A DNA stretch of 64,000 nt from a bacterium. Lineage in GTDB: Bacteria; Patescibacteriota; Minisyncoccia; UBA6257; UBA9933. The stretch lies in contig JAJYHZ010000001.1 of NCBI GenBank assembly GCA_021796335.1, positions 144,360-208,359 of the forward strand. Direction: 5' to 3'. The notes beneath the pieces are model-generated. The model was not told the DNA's origin. It saw only the letters and a list, made by a program, of their open reading frames with translations, and did not search any database. This document shows, in pieces, positions 44,778-54,097 of this stretch. Both the position numbers and the translations under genes were made by a program. How positions within the stretch are numbered: the stretch's first letter is position 1; each line of letters opens with the position of its first letter.

Positions 44778-47381
44778 ATGGAACAATGGCCTAAATATAA
44801 AACCGAAAAAGAAATTGAAAAACAGGTTAAGGATGCGGAAGATAACTTAGGAACCGAATTAGTTCCAGAATTAATTGATTATAAAAATTTATCCCTAAAT
44901 GAAATAAAAGAAAAATTTCCAGAAAGATATAACACTTATCTGCGTATCTTGCGTTCAGAAAGAAACAATAAAGAAATTGAAGAATCAGAATTAAACGAAA
45001 TGAGAGAATGGATACAAGCTCTAAATAATCTCGATCACTATATTATTAAACATAAAAATAATCACGAAGAAAGGATTCTTCGTGAAAAGCAGTTTGACGT
45101 CTTTAAAGACATAAGAAAATCATTGGAAGAAGGTAAAAAGGAGGGCTATGTAAAACTTCCAACTGGAGTTGGTAAAACAGTTTTATTTTCTCAAGTTGTT
45201 GAATCAATGGGAATTAGAACCCTTATTATTGTTCCCTCAAAAATTCTTATTAATCAAACAGGTCAGCGATTAGAAGAATTTACAGATCTTGAATTTGGTA
45301 AATATTACCAGGAAGAAAAAGATTTTTCTAAATCAGCAACAACAATAACTTATCAATCATTAATTAGGGGTGTGGAAAATGGAGAAATTAACCCGGATGA
45401 TTATAAACTTCTTATCCTTGATGAGGCGCACAAGGCTTTAGGAGAAAAAACTTTGAAAATTATTCAAAGATTTAATTCGATAAAATTAGGATTTACAGCA
45501 ACGCCAGAATATTCAAAAAATAAGCGTTTAGGAGATTTACTTGAACATGAAATTCATAATATAAGTGTTGTTGAGGCTGTTCAGGAAGGCCTTATAAATC
45601 GCTTTAAATCTGTAGTTGCGCGCACAACAACAGACATTTCCAATGTTAAGATAAAAAATGGAGAATATGACAAAAAAGAGCTTGAAACGGTCGTAAATAA
45701 TCATGCCAGAAATTTAGCTGCCGTTGATCTATATAGAAAATCATTTAATAACCTTAGTACGATTATTTATTGCAGTGGAGTCAAGCATGCCCAAGATACT
45801 TCGGATTTATTCAGACAAAATGGGATTCAAGCTGAAGTTATTTCTGGCAAAACAGATAAAGAAGAACGAGAGATAATCTTAAATAAATTTAGGGATGGCG
45901 AGATTAAAGTGCTTTGCAATGCGAAAGTTCTCGTTGAAGGTTTTGACGAACCCAGAGCAAGTGTTGCCTTCAATCTTCAGCCAACGCTTTCAATAGTTAT
46001 TGCAGAACAACGGGCCGGAAGAGTATTACGTTTAGATAAAAATAACCCAGAAAAATGGGGTGTTGTAGTTGATTTTATTGATGCAAACGCAAAAGTCCCT
46101 CCAATAATTTTCGCAGAGGTGGCAGGATCAAGCGAGGCGACTGAGTATAAAGTCAGTAATGCCATTGAAAAAGAAAGAGAAAAAAAAGTGATTCAAACAA
46201 CCAAGACAAATCAAAGCGATTTTGAGCAAGATGAATTTGAAAATTTAAAAAATATAAAAATCGAAGGATTAAAAGTTATTGTTGATGCTCAAGAAATATT
46301 ACGAATTGCAGCTGATCAAAAGAATGAGAGAGAAAAATTATTTTCTGAATTTCCGCAAGACTGGCTACCCTTAAATCAATTAATAGAAGAATTAGGGGTG
46401 GCTCGCAAAACAGTTACGGATTATGTTGAACAATATCGAAATAATCATCCAGATTGGTTCAAAATGGGAAAATTTAAATCGGGAAAATTAACCGAAGGTT
46501 ATCATCCTAATCTAGTTGCTTTAATCAGAGAAAAATTTAAAGAAAATTTATTATTAGAGAATTTACCAAATGATTTTTTGACTCCAAATCAAATAATTGG
46601 GAAATTTAAAATAAACCGAGAACGAAAAACAATCGCAAATTATGCCGAAAAATATCGAAATGATCATCCTGAATGGTTCAAGGTTGGGAAAAAGATGGGG
46701 AATAAAGTTGAAGCCTATCATCCAGATTTAGTTAAAATTATAAGTGACTATTTTAAGGATAAAGAACTACCAACTAATTGGATAACATCAAGTCAACTTA
46801 GCAATTTGTTGAAAGTAACGGAGCCGTTAATTCGAGCTTATGCCGAAAAATATCGAAATAATCATCCTGAATGGATTAAAGTTGGGAAATCTGGAGTTAG
46901 GGATGCGATTGCATATCACCCCGATTTAATTGAAAAAATAAAAAAACACCTTTTTGTCGAAGAACTTCCCGACAAATGGAAAACGGCAAGTCAGATATTA
47001 GGCGAGCTAAAATCAAAAGCAAGTGCAAGTCTTCAAATGATAAAATACCTTGCTGAACAATATCGTAATGAGCATCCAGATTGGTTTAAAACAGGGAAGA
47101 TATATTCAAAAATTACCGAAGGATATAACCCAACCTTAGTAGAATTAATAAAAAATCATTTATTAACTCTGGAGTTTCCGGATGGATGGAAAACAGCAAG
47201 CCAAATAAGATATAAAACTAAAACTGATATTTATAAAATTCAAGATTATGTTGAACAGTATCGTAATAACCATTCAAACTGGTTTAAAATGGGAAGAGTT
47301 AGAGGGAAATCAGCTGAAGGTTATCATCCTGATTTAGTAAAAATTATTGAAGAATATTTTAAAAGGAACAAAAATCCATAG
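44778..47381 (+). CDS. SF2 helicase (ResIII/DEAH-like N-terminal ~500 aa) fused to five tandem ~70-aa C-terminal repeats
   Basis: Walker A TGVGKT, DEAH, TATPE, QRAGRVLR motifs. The C-terminus carries 5 repeats of Y(A/V)E(Q/K)YRN(N/D)HP(D/E)WFK.GK...(E/A)YHPDLV..I with period ~200-218 nt from ~46380 to 47345. Confidence 0.8.
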   Translation: MEQWPKYKTEKEIEKQVKDAEDNLGTELVPELIDYKNLSLNEIKEKFPERYNTYLRILRSERNNKEIEESELNEMREWIQALNNLDHYIIKHKNNHEERILREKQFDVFKDIRKSLEEGKKEGYVKLPTGVGKTVLFSQVVESMGIRTLIIVPSKILINQTGQRLEEFTDLEFGKYYQEEKDFSKSATTITYQSLIRGVENGEINPDDYKLLILDEAHKALGEKTLKIIQRFNSIKLGFTATPEYSKNKRLGDLLEHEIHNISVVEAVQEGLINRFKSVVARTTTDISNVKIKNGEYDKKELETVVNNHARNLAAVDLYRKSFNNLSTIIYCSGVKHAQDTSDLFRQNGIQAEVISGKTDKEEREIILNKFRDGEIKVLCNAKVLVEGFDEPRASVAFNLQPTLSIVIAEQRAGRVLRLDKNNPEKWGVVVDFIDANAKVPPIIFAEVAGSSEATEYKVSNAIEKEREKKVIQTTKTNQSDFEQDEFENLKNIKIEGLKVIVDAQEILRIAADQKNEREKLFSEFPQDWLPLNQLIEELGVARKTVTDYVEQYRNNHPDWFKMGKFKSGKLTEGYHPNLVALIREKFKENLLLENLPNDFLTPNQIIGKFKINRERKTIANYAEKYRNDHPEWFKVGKKMGNKVEAYHPDLVKIISDYFKDKELPTNWITSSQLSNLLKVTEPLIRAYAEKYRNNHPEWIKVGKSGVRDAIAYHPDLIEKIKKHLFVEELPDKWKTASQILGELKSKASASLQMIKYLAEQYRNEHPDWFKTGKIYSKITEGYNPTLVELIKNHLLTLEFPDGWKTASQIRYKTKTDIYKIQDYVEQYRNNHSNWFKMGRVRGKSAEGYHPDLVKIIEEYFKRNKNP

Positions 47382-47664
47382 TTGCAATGGCAATGCTATC
47401 ATTATATGCCATATCAGAATTCGAACCGGAGGTGTTGAGATATTTTTATAATCTTTGTAAAAACCGCAAATATAAAGTCTCGTTAGAAATCGAATTACGG
47501 TTAGAGGCACTTGGTTTACCGAGGCTGGCAAGGCTGTCCCAGTGGCTCGCAATGTGTTGCTTTCAGCAGCAGAGATGAAACAAGGAGAAATTCAACTCAA
47601 TAATCCCATAAAAACCCATTAAAAAACCGAGGGAGGGAGGTTTATTATATCACTGGAACGAGCC

Positions 47665-47877
47665 TTGAGGTACATACTAAGAGAAAAAGAAATAAGACTT
47701 GACCAACTCGAAGGTATGGGAGTTACCACAGAACAGCTTATTACTGCTCTCAATAAAGAAGGCTTCACTTTTACTTCTAAGGATTACAATGATGATGGCG
47801 AAGAAAAATCAAGTGAAATATGGTTGGACCTTGAGCGAATAGAAGAGGATGATGGTCCTGGTGGAATAGATTATTAA
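47665..47877 (+). CDS. Small acidic hypothetical protein (TTG start)
   Basis: ORF only, followed by the terminator candidate. Confidence 0.3.
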   Translation: MRYILREKEIRLDQLEGMGVTTEQLITALNKEGFTFTSKDYNDDGEEKSSEIWLDLERIEEDDGPGGIDY

Positions 47878-47894
47878 CACAGCTTCAAAAAAGC

Positions 47895-47937
47895 AAAGAG
47901 GACCTTGATGATAACTTCAAAGAGGTCCTGTTTTTTA
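47895..47937 (+). terminator. Intrinsic terminator candidate (aggacc...ggtcct + tttttt)
   Basis: Stem-loop followed by a T6 run. Confidence 0.45.
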
Positions 47938-48069
47938 TACAAAACTATAAATAGCTAAAATCTTTCTTAATTGCTTTCTAATTCTCAGTTCCATTTGCGT
48001 GGATCAAAGCGAGTATTCTAGGACTAATAAATGCAAAAGACTCCGTTCTGTTCCTTTATTCATTAATAT

Positions 48070-48104
48070 ACAAAATAAAAAAACCCTCCCCATGAGGGGG
48101 AGGG
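48070..48104 (-). terminator. Intrinsic terminator for the minus-strand gene (ccctcccc-atga-ggggaggg; T-run on minus strand)
   Basis: Perfect 8-bp GC stem flanked by an A-run on +. Confidence 0.6.
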
Positions 48105-48158
48105 AAGGGGCGCTGATAATTTAAGAATAAATCATCAAAACGCTGGGCCCCTGTTTCA

Positions 48159-48362
48159 TTATTTAATAAAATCGCCTTTGGATATTTTATCCGCAAGGTC
48201 ATCCTTGCTAAAGGCGATTACATGTTTAACCTCTCCGGTTTCAGTATTTTTGACGGTGTAGTCATTACTCTCCGGCACAAGGCCAAGAGTAAATGCACTA
48301 GCGAGAGCTGATTCGGTGGTTGTCTCTTCATGTGTGACTTCCCACTTGTTGTCATTGCCCAT
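48159..48362 (-). CDS. Small hypothetical protein
   Basis: ORF with a downstream hairpin terminator; RBS aggaggtgg upstream on the minus strand. Confidence 0.45.
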   Translation of the reverse strand: MGNDNKWEVTHEETTTESALASAFTLGLVPESNDYTVKNTETGEVKHVIAFSKDDLADKISKGDFIK

Positions 48363-48556
48363 CAGATTCCACCTCCTTTCTTTTAGCCAATATAGATATG
48401 GCTTTGATTTTTTAAAAACCTATATTTAGGATATCCCGTTGCAAATATTTGTCAAATGTTGTGGTAATGTGTACGTAAATTATTTTCATTTGACTAAATC
48501 TCTAACACCTGGTATGTTTTAGCCAGGACAAAAATAAAATATAAAAAGGAGGTTTT

Positions 48557-48793
48557 GTGAGATACACACTCGAATATAATATCGCTGGCGAGGGATGCAG
48601 TGGTCATGGCAGCTGCAGTTTCGAAGCTGAAAATGATGGAGAAGCTGTTCCCAGGGCAAAAAACATTAGCAATGAAAGAAGAACTATATTAAAAGAAATA
48701 AATAGCAATATCGATATCATTCCTCTTCGACTTATCAAGGCTGGAGTCGATATTGAAATAACATTATCAAAACCCAAACACAGCTATCGATAA
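48557..48793 (+). CDS. Small hypothetical protein (GTG start, Cys/Gly-rich N-terminus)
   Basis: aaaaaggagg SD 7 nt upstream. Confidence 0.4.
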   Translation: MRYTLEYNIAGEGCSGHGSCSFEAENDGEAVPRAKNISNERRTILKEINSNIDIIPLRLIKAGVDIEITLSKPKHSYR

Positions 48794-48816
48794 TAAATAG
48801 AAAGTGAGGTGAACAG

Positions 48817-49194
48817 GTGAAATCTATTGGAAGACACCATCAAACAGAAGCTGTAGGACAGAAAGACATAAATGGCTTTTTCATGGTTCGTTGCCTGGAT
48901 TGTGGTACTTATGCTCATGCAATTGATATATCAACGGCGGAAATTCACCTGGCCATGACTGCATGTGCGCCCAATTGTACAAATTGCAATAGTCTGCGCC
49001 ATAGCTATGACCGTAAACCAGCTGTTCCTGAAGGAGGAAACTGCAATGATATTCTGCACGAGTGTCCTCATGATGGAAATAGATGGTGGCAGAGTAATGA
49101 TCACTTCCATCTTTGGCAGCAGGTTACTGATCTAAGAGAATGGGAGGGGTTACTCCGAGAGTACGGTAAAAAATATCCTGATCTGGTCGATTGA
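48817..49194 (+). CDS. Cys/His-rich hypothetical protein (GTG start)
   Basis: gtgaggtg SD; 10 Cys and many His, suggesting metal binding. Confidence 0.4.
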   Translation: MKSIGRHHQTEAVGQKDINGFFMVRCLDCGTYAHAIDISTAEIHLAMTACAPNCTNCNSLRHSYDRKPAVPEGGNCNDILHECPHDGNRWWQSNDHFHLWQQVTDLREWEGLLREYGKKYPDLVD

Positions 49195-49336
49195 TATAAT
49201 TTAATCTGATATGGATTATAAGAGGGAACAATCCTTTAAGTTGTAGTTCCCTCCCTTTCCGAACTCATTTGCAAAGGCGATTTCAGAAAGGGATTTTATC
49301 CCAAGTAGAACATAAAAAACTGAAAATGAGGTATAG

Positions 49337-49597
49337 ATGAATACAAAAGTTCATCAAGTATTAGGGAAAGACAGAATAAATTCCATCTGCGATAGTTTCT
49401 TGCTGACAGAAGAAGATAAAAAGATGGTGGATGTAATTCTGGAAAATTGGGAAAACCTTATTGGTAATCCCATAAAGAAGATGGCCATTGCAATGGAAAT
49501 AACAAAGGACGTCGGTGTCTCTACGACCAAAAAGATCATTTTTGCCATAACAGAAATATCGTTTCAATTCTTGGAAATGCAGATAAAAAATAAATAG
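49337..49597 (+). CDS. Small hypothetical protein
   Basis: ORF; aaatgaggt SD-like. Confidence 0.35.
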   Translation: MNTKVHQVLGKDRINSICDSFLLTEEDKKMVDVILENWENLIGNPIKKMAIAMEITKDVGVSTTKKIIFAITEISFQFLEMQIKNK

Positions 49598-50039
49598 GAC
49601 CGAAGGAGGTGAATTAAATAGCAATGATTATTCCATGTTTTATAACTCAGGAATATTTTGACTTATGCGTTATGGATTATGAGCTTTAAAAAAACTGGAA
49701 TCCTAAAATCGGAGATTGGTATTTCTGTTATGATCTGATGAAAATAATGCAGATTACCAATCTGAATAACTATTACTCTGGCTGCCTTCTGATCATGACA
49801 AGGATTCCAATGGCCATTGGACTTGTGATATTTATATCCCCGTCACTGCCTGAATTATTCGAATAAAACTATGGGCACCTACCTGCGAGCAAGGGCCTTT
49901 TTCTTTTTGTCCCTACTTTACGACTCCGACTCTTGACAAATAATTTCATATATGTATAATTATCATATAAATATTGTTCTTTTATTCCCTGCGGTTTTTT
50001 ACCGCAGAAAGGAGGACCCAATAATTATGAGGGTTTGAC

Positions 50040-50071
50040 GCCTCCCTAGACAACTAGCGGAGGCTTTTTTT
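50040..50071 (+). terminator. Intrinsic terminator (gcctccctag...ctagcggaggc + T7)
   Basis: Stem-loop plus T-run. Confidence 0.55.
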
Positions 50072-50189
50072 ATTATCGACGAATTAAATTATCTTAATAA
50101 TGGAGAAAAAATGATGATTTTATTTGGATTGATATTATAAAATATTATGGTAATCTATAAATAAAAAGTGATTAAGTAATTTAAATAAT

Positions 50190-50669
50190 ATGCACGAAAA
50201 AGATATATTTGCCGCCAATCCAGACAAAGCACATTCCAGAATAGATATCAATGCTTTTATAATGGAAAGCTTATTTTTTATTTTAACTTTAATATGGACA
50301 TTAAATCCGAATAAATTCAATATATACATAATTACGCAAATAGTAATAGGTATTCCATTTGTATATGTGTCAAGTCTCGCTTATTCTAAAATCGGCTATT
50401 GGAAAGAAACAAAATTATGGGATATGCTTGGCTGGTTCACGCATAATACCAGTAATATTTTTATTTTAAATGTTGTCGGATTGATGACGAGCAGTTTTAA
50501 TAAAAATTTATCTTTTTTGTATTTTGGGGTAGTAATAATTTTAATGGCAATTTATTCCAGTATAAACTTGGTTTATAAACCGAAATCCTTAAAAGAAAAA
50601 TCATTTAAATTTCTTTACTTTATTTTAATTTTATTTCTTGGAGGAATTCTGCCTGTAATTTTATTATAA
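50190..50669 (+). CDS. Integral membrane protein, hypothetical
   Basis: 4-5 hydrophobic helices. Confidence 0.45.
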   Translation: MHEKDIFAANPDKAHSRIDINAFIMESLFFILTLIWTLNPNKFNIYIITQIVIGIPFVYVSSLAYSKIGYWKETKLWDMLGWFTHNTSNIFILNVVGLMTSSFNKNLSFLYFGVVIILMAIYSSINLVYKPKSLKEKSFKFLYFILILFLGGILPVILL

Positions 50670-50924
50670 AATTTATTATATTATAGCTAGAATAATAATT
50701 AAAAAATTTGAAATAAAATAATAGAGAGGGCTGCTAAATTTTTATAACAGGGCGGACCAAATCCGCCCTTTTCTTTTTGCAATAATATAATTTATAATAA
50801 GTCAGGTCTTGATTAAATTTTATAAAGAAAGGGGTATGGTCATGCTTACAGTTGATTTGTCCATAAACCAGTTTAAAAAGGGAAAAAAATAAGGGAGGAA
50901 TATGAATCTCCCAAGGTCGTATAT

Positions 50925-51191
50925 GTGGCTACTGTAAAAATATCTAAAAAAGTCAGAATGCCTGTTAAGGCAATTCTGACTGATAGAAAGAAAAATGAAT
51001 TACCTGTAGACATATACTATGACGTCAAAAGAAATACGGCATATTGCGTCATAACGCACGCCAGAAAGGATATTGTATTCACGCTAAAAACCAATCCTGC
51101 ACTTGACGAACTATCAAGTGCTCAGGGACGAAATGATAAAACCGGCGAATGGATGAATTGGTCTGCCTACCTTATGGTTATTGGCAGGTAA
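50925..51191 (+). CDS. Small hypothetical protein (GTG start)
   Basis: ORF only. Confidence 0.3.
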   Translation: MATVKISKKVRMPVKAILTDRKKNELPVDIYYDVKRNTAYCVITHARKDIVFTLKTNPALDELSSAQGRNDKTGEWMNWSAYLMVIGR

Positions 51192-51266
51192 GACCAGTTT
51201 TATAAATATTAGGAGGCCCACAATTTCTTGGGCCTCATTCTTTATAAGGGATAAGGGGAGAAATAT

Positions 51267-51665
51267 ATGGAAGATTATGAAAAAGATTTAAATGATCTTG
51301 ACCCTTGGAAAAATTTCCATAGAGAATATTCGGTAAAGATAAATGGAAAGAAATTTAAAATAAAAAGTTACGGATTCTGCGTGTGGAATAAGGTAATTTT
51401 CCTTTGGGACGACGGAAAAGAATTTTATCGTTTATCCCGCAACCTTAAATCTCCGAGAGACGATAAAGGTATCTCCAGACGCGAATATTCCAATAATAAG
51501 TTGATAAGGATATATAAAGGCCCGCAAAACTGCTTTATAGAATTAATCGAATTTATACTGAAAGGAGGCGATTTAAATACAGCCAAAAAATTGCTTAAAT
51601 TCTGCAAAAAGACCTTCGACAATTACCTGCGGCTTTTTAAATCAGCCTTTGAGTCAGAAATATAA
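51267..51665 (+). CDS. Hypothetical protein
   Basis: ggggag SD; terminator at 51691-51720. Confidence 0.4.
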   Translation: MEDYEKDLNDLDPWKNFHREYSVKINGKKFKIKSYGFCVWNKVIFLWDDGKEFYRLSRNLKSPRDDKGISRREYSNNKLIRIYKGPQNCFIELIEFILKGGDLNTAKKLLKFCKKTFDNYLRLFKSAFESEI

Positions 51666-51690
51666 TAACTTGTCGCCCCTCAAAATATCA

Positions 51691-51720
51691 ACCTGCCTAA
51701 TAAGGCGGGTTTTCTTTTTT
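51691..51720 (+). terminator. Intrinsic terminator (acctgcc-taataa-ggcgggt + T-run)
   Basis: Stem-loop plus tttcttttttt. Confidence 0.5.
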
Positions 51721-51852
51721 ACCGGCCGGCCTCATAATTTCAAGGGTTTATTTTAAATAATTCTATTTAAAAACAAAATAAAAATATTAAAAAAAATTTC
51801 TCATATTTAATCACATTTAACATTAATTTCTAAATAAGCTATAATTCATATT

Positions 51853-52188
51853 ATGAACATAATCACATTAATCGTATATCCTGCTAAAGAATTGGAAAGC
51901 ACAAAACAAATATTCAGCAATTTTTTGGGAGTGGAACCATATGTAGACGGACCTTATTATGTGGGATACAAAGTGGGCGATATGGAAGTTGGGCTTGATC
52001 CTAATGCCCAAAATGCCGGTCCTATAATTTATATTGATGTCACCGATATTAAAGCTTCATTGCAAGAAATGATAGCCGCGGGCGCAACTCTGCAACAAGA
52101 TATTAGAGATGTGGCTCAGGGATTATTAATCGCAAGCGTTAAAGATAAAAATGGAAATATCCTGGGCTTTAGGCAGTTCCCCAAATAA
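51853..52188 (+). CDS. VOC/glyoxalase-family protein
   Basis: Paired beta-alpha-beta-beta-beta glyoxalase-like pattern (GYKVGDMEVGL...NGNILGF). Confidence 0.55.
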   Translation: MNIITLIVYPAKELESTKQIFSNFLGVEPYVDGPYYVGYKVGDMEVGLDPNAQNAGPIIYIDVTDIKASLQEMIAAGATLQQDIRDVAQGLLIASVKDKNGNILGFRQFPK

Positions 52189-52287
52189 AATTACGCCTTA
52201 TTTTTACCACCACCGCATAACATTTTTCATATTTTGATATAATTAAAATCATAAAGGTCAATTAATATCTTTATCCCCGTTAAAAAT

Positions 52288-52443
52288 ATGGTAAGAGGAA
52301 ACTTCATCGGTGCGGCAATTATCACAATAATTTATACGATCTATATTCTGGTACATCCGCTTGCGACAAAGACACAAACAGTATTAATATTGGTCGTGCT
52401 TAACGCTTTAACCATTATATTAATGGCTTTTGCATTCAAATAA
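52288..52443 (+). CDS. Small (51 aa) membrane peptide, hypothetical
   Basis: Below the ORF-track threshold; two hydrophobic segments; found by manual reading. Confidence 0.25.
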   Translation: MVRGNFIGAAIITIIYTIYILVHPLATKTQTVLILVVLNALTIILMAFAFK

Positions 52444-52602
52444 GTATTATTTGAACAGGCGGTGGTCTTTTTTATGCCATTGATGGTTTTATGAAAAATT
52501 TTGAAATTTAAAAAGGTGTTGACCGTGCCGAGCTAGAACGGTCTTTTATTTTTGGGAAAAACGAAAATTGTTAATTTCTTACAGTTTGATTATACTTTGA
52601 TT

Positions 52603-52872
52603 ATGAAAAATAAATGGGTTGTTTTCGGAGTCTTAATCGCGATAATCGTTATAGTCGCCCTTGGAATAAACCAAATTTTAATTTTGCGAAACGCCCATAG
52701 CACATTCGATAATTACTATGCTTTCAGAGGTTGTACCCGACTAATCAGCCAAACCGATAACTATGGAACATGCGAGCTTGCTTCCGGTAAAATCATCAAA
52801 ATCGTAAAATTCCGGGATAAATGGTATTTAGAGGGAGATTTGCCAAGTTGCTGGTCTAATTTCTGTTTCTAA
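52603..52872 (+). CDS. Small secreted/membrane protein (start revised to MKNKWVVFG)
   Basis: The track ORF starts at 52552, but a hairpin terminator (52529-52557) and a tatact -10-like box precede the ATG at 52603, which gives an N-terminal TM segment. Confidence 0.4.
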   Translation: MKNKWVVFGVLIAIIVIVALGINQILILRNAHSTFDNYYAFRGCTRLISQTDNYGTCELASGKIIKIVKFRDKWYLEGDLPSCWSNFCF

Positions 52873-52949
52873 CTGTCGAACCGTATCACCTAATACAGAA
52901 GAAAAAGCGCTTCGAATTATTAAAATTTAGAATTCGTAAAATTTATCAG

Positions 52950-53420
52950 ATGATAAATCAATTAATCATTTTTAGTGCCAAATATCTTTATTTATTGGTT
53001 ATTGCCATAACTGTTTTATTTTTTATAAAACAACCTCGTGATATCCAAAAACAACTTCTTATTTTTGGAATTATAACTTTGCCTGCCGCATATATCATCG
53101 CCAAACTGGCAGGATTTTTATATTATGATCCAAGGCCGTTTATACAAGGAGGGTTTACGCCTCTCATACCGCATGCGGCAGACAATGGGTTTCCTTCGGA
53201 TCACGCCTTATTAAGCGCTGCAATTTCAACTGCGATTTCTCCTTTCAACAAAAAAATCTCCGTCATTCTTTGGATATTAACCGCAATAATAGGCTTATCA
53301 AGAGTTCTCGCCGGAATTCATCATCTTATCGACATTTTTGGAAGCATCATAATTTCAGTAATTGCGGGATATCTTGCCTATCAAATTATAGAGAAGAAAA
53401 AAACTGTCGAGGTGAAATAA
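52950..53420 (+). CDS. PAP2-family phosphatase (undecaprenyl-diphosphatase/BcrC-like)
   Basis: PSDH and SRV..G.HH..D motifs. Confidence 0.75.
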   Translation: MINQLIIFSAKYLYLLVIAITVLFFIKQPRDIQKQLLIFGIITLPAAYIIAKLAGFLYYDPRPFIQGGFTPLIPHAADNGFPSDHALLSAAISTAISPFNKKISVILWILTAIIGLSRVLAGIHHLIDIFGSIIISVIAGYLAYQIIEKKKTVEVK

Positions 53421-53481
53421 GGCTTAGGAATAATATAGAATTTGTCTTTTTCTTTTTATAATGTATACTGTAGGGGAGTAT

Positions 53482-53745
53482 ATGAAAAAACCGGCGAAAA
53501 ATAATACAGATTCGCAAATAATCAGAAAATTATCCCGAATAGAAGGGCAGTTGGAAGGTGTCCGCAGGATGATTATAAACAATCGGGAATGTATTGAGAT
53601 TATCCAACAGATCATGGCGATTCGCGAGGCTCTCGGAGCTGTCGGTATCGAATTATTAAAAGAAGATTTTATATGTAAACGGAAAAATAAAACAGAAATT
53701 GATTCAAAATACTTGAAAACGCTCTTCAAGATGAACAAATATTAA
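53482..53745 (+). CDS. CsoR/RcnR/FrmR-family metal- or formaldehyde-sensing transcriptional repressor
   Basis: RIEGQLEGVRRMI...CIEIIQQIMAIREAL matches the DUF156 pattern; conserved Cys in ...NNRECIEII. Confidence 0.7.
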   Translation: MKKPAKNNTDSQIIRKLSRIEGQLEGVRRMIINNRECIEIIQQIMAIREALGAVGIELLKEDFICKRKNKTEIDSKYLKTLFKMNKY

Positions 53746-53766
53746 AATCAAATAATTTAAAACAAT

Positions 53767-54096
53767 ATGAGTAAAGTCATAACTTTAACTGATAAAAATT
53801 TTAAAAAGGAAGTTTTGGAATCGGAAGTTCCCGTTTTAGTCGATTTTTGGGCGCCGTGGTGCACTCCCTGCCTTATGATGGCTCCAGTTTTGGAAGAAAT
53901 TTCCGAAGAATTGAACGGAAAATTAAAAGTTGCCAAACTGGATGTTGAAAATCCGGCTCATGAACAATTAGCCATGATGTATCACATTCACAGCATCCCG
54001 AATATGAAGCTTTTTAAGGCGGGACAAATCACTCAGGAATTTATAGGATTCAGACCAAAAAAAATGTTCCAGGAAGAATTGCTTAAAAATCTATAA
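53767..54096 (+). CDS. trxA: Thioredoxin
   Basis: FWAPWCTPC active site; 109 aa. Confidence 0.85.
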   Translation: MSKVITLTDKNFKKEVLESEVPVLVDFWAPWCTPCLMMAPVLEEISEELNGKLKVAKLDVENPAHEQLAMMYHIHSIPNMKLFKAGQITQEFIGFRPKKMFQEELLKNL

Positions 54097-54097
54097 A

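Noticed and set aside
47400-47450. tRNA-like T-loop sequence (gaattcgaacc, i.e. ggttcgaattc on the minus strand)
   Set aside because: I could not fold a T-stem, acceptor stem or anticodon arm around it. It is probably a chance match.
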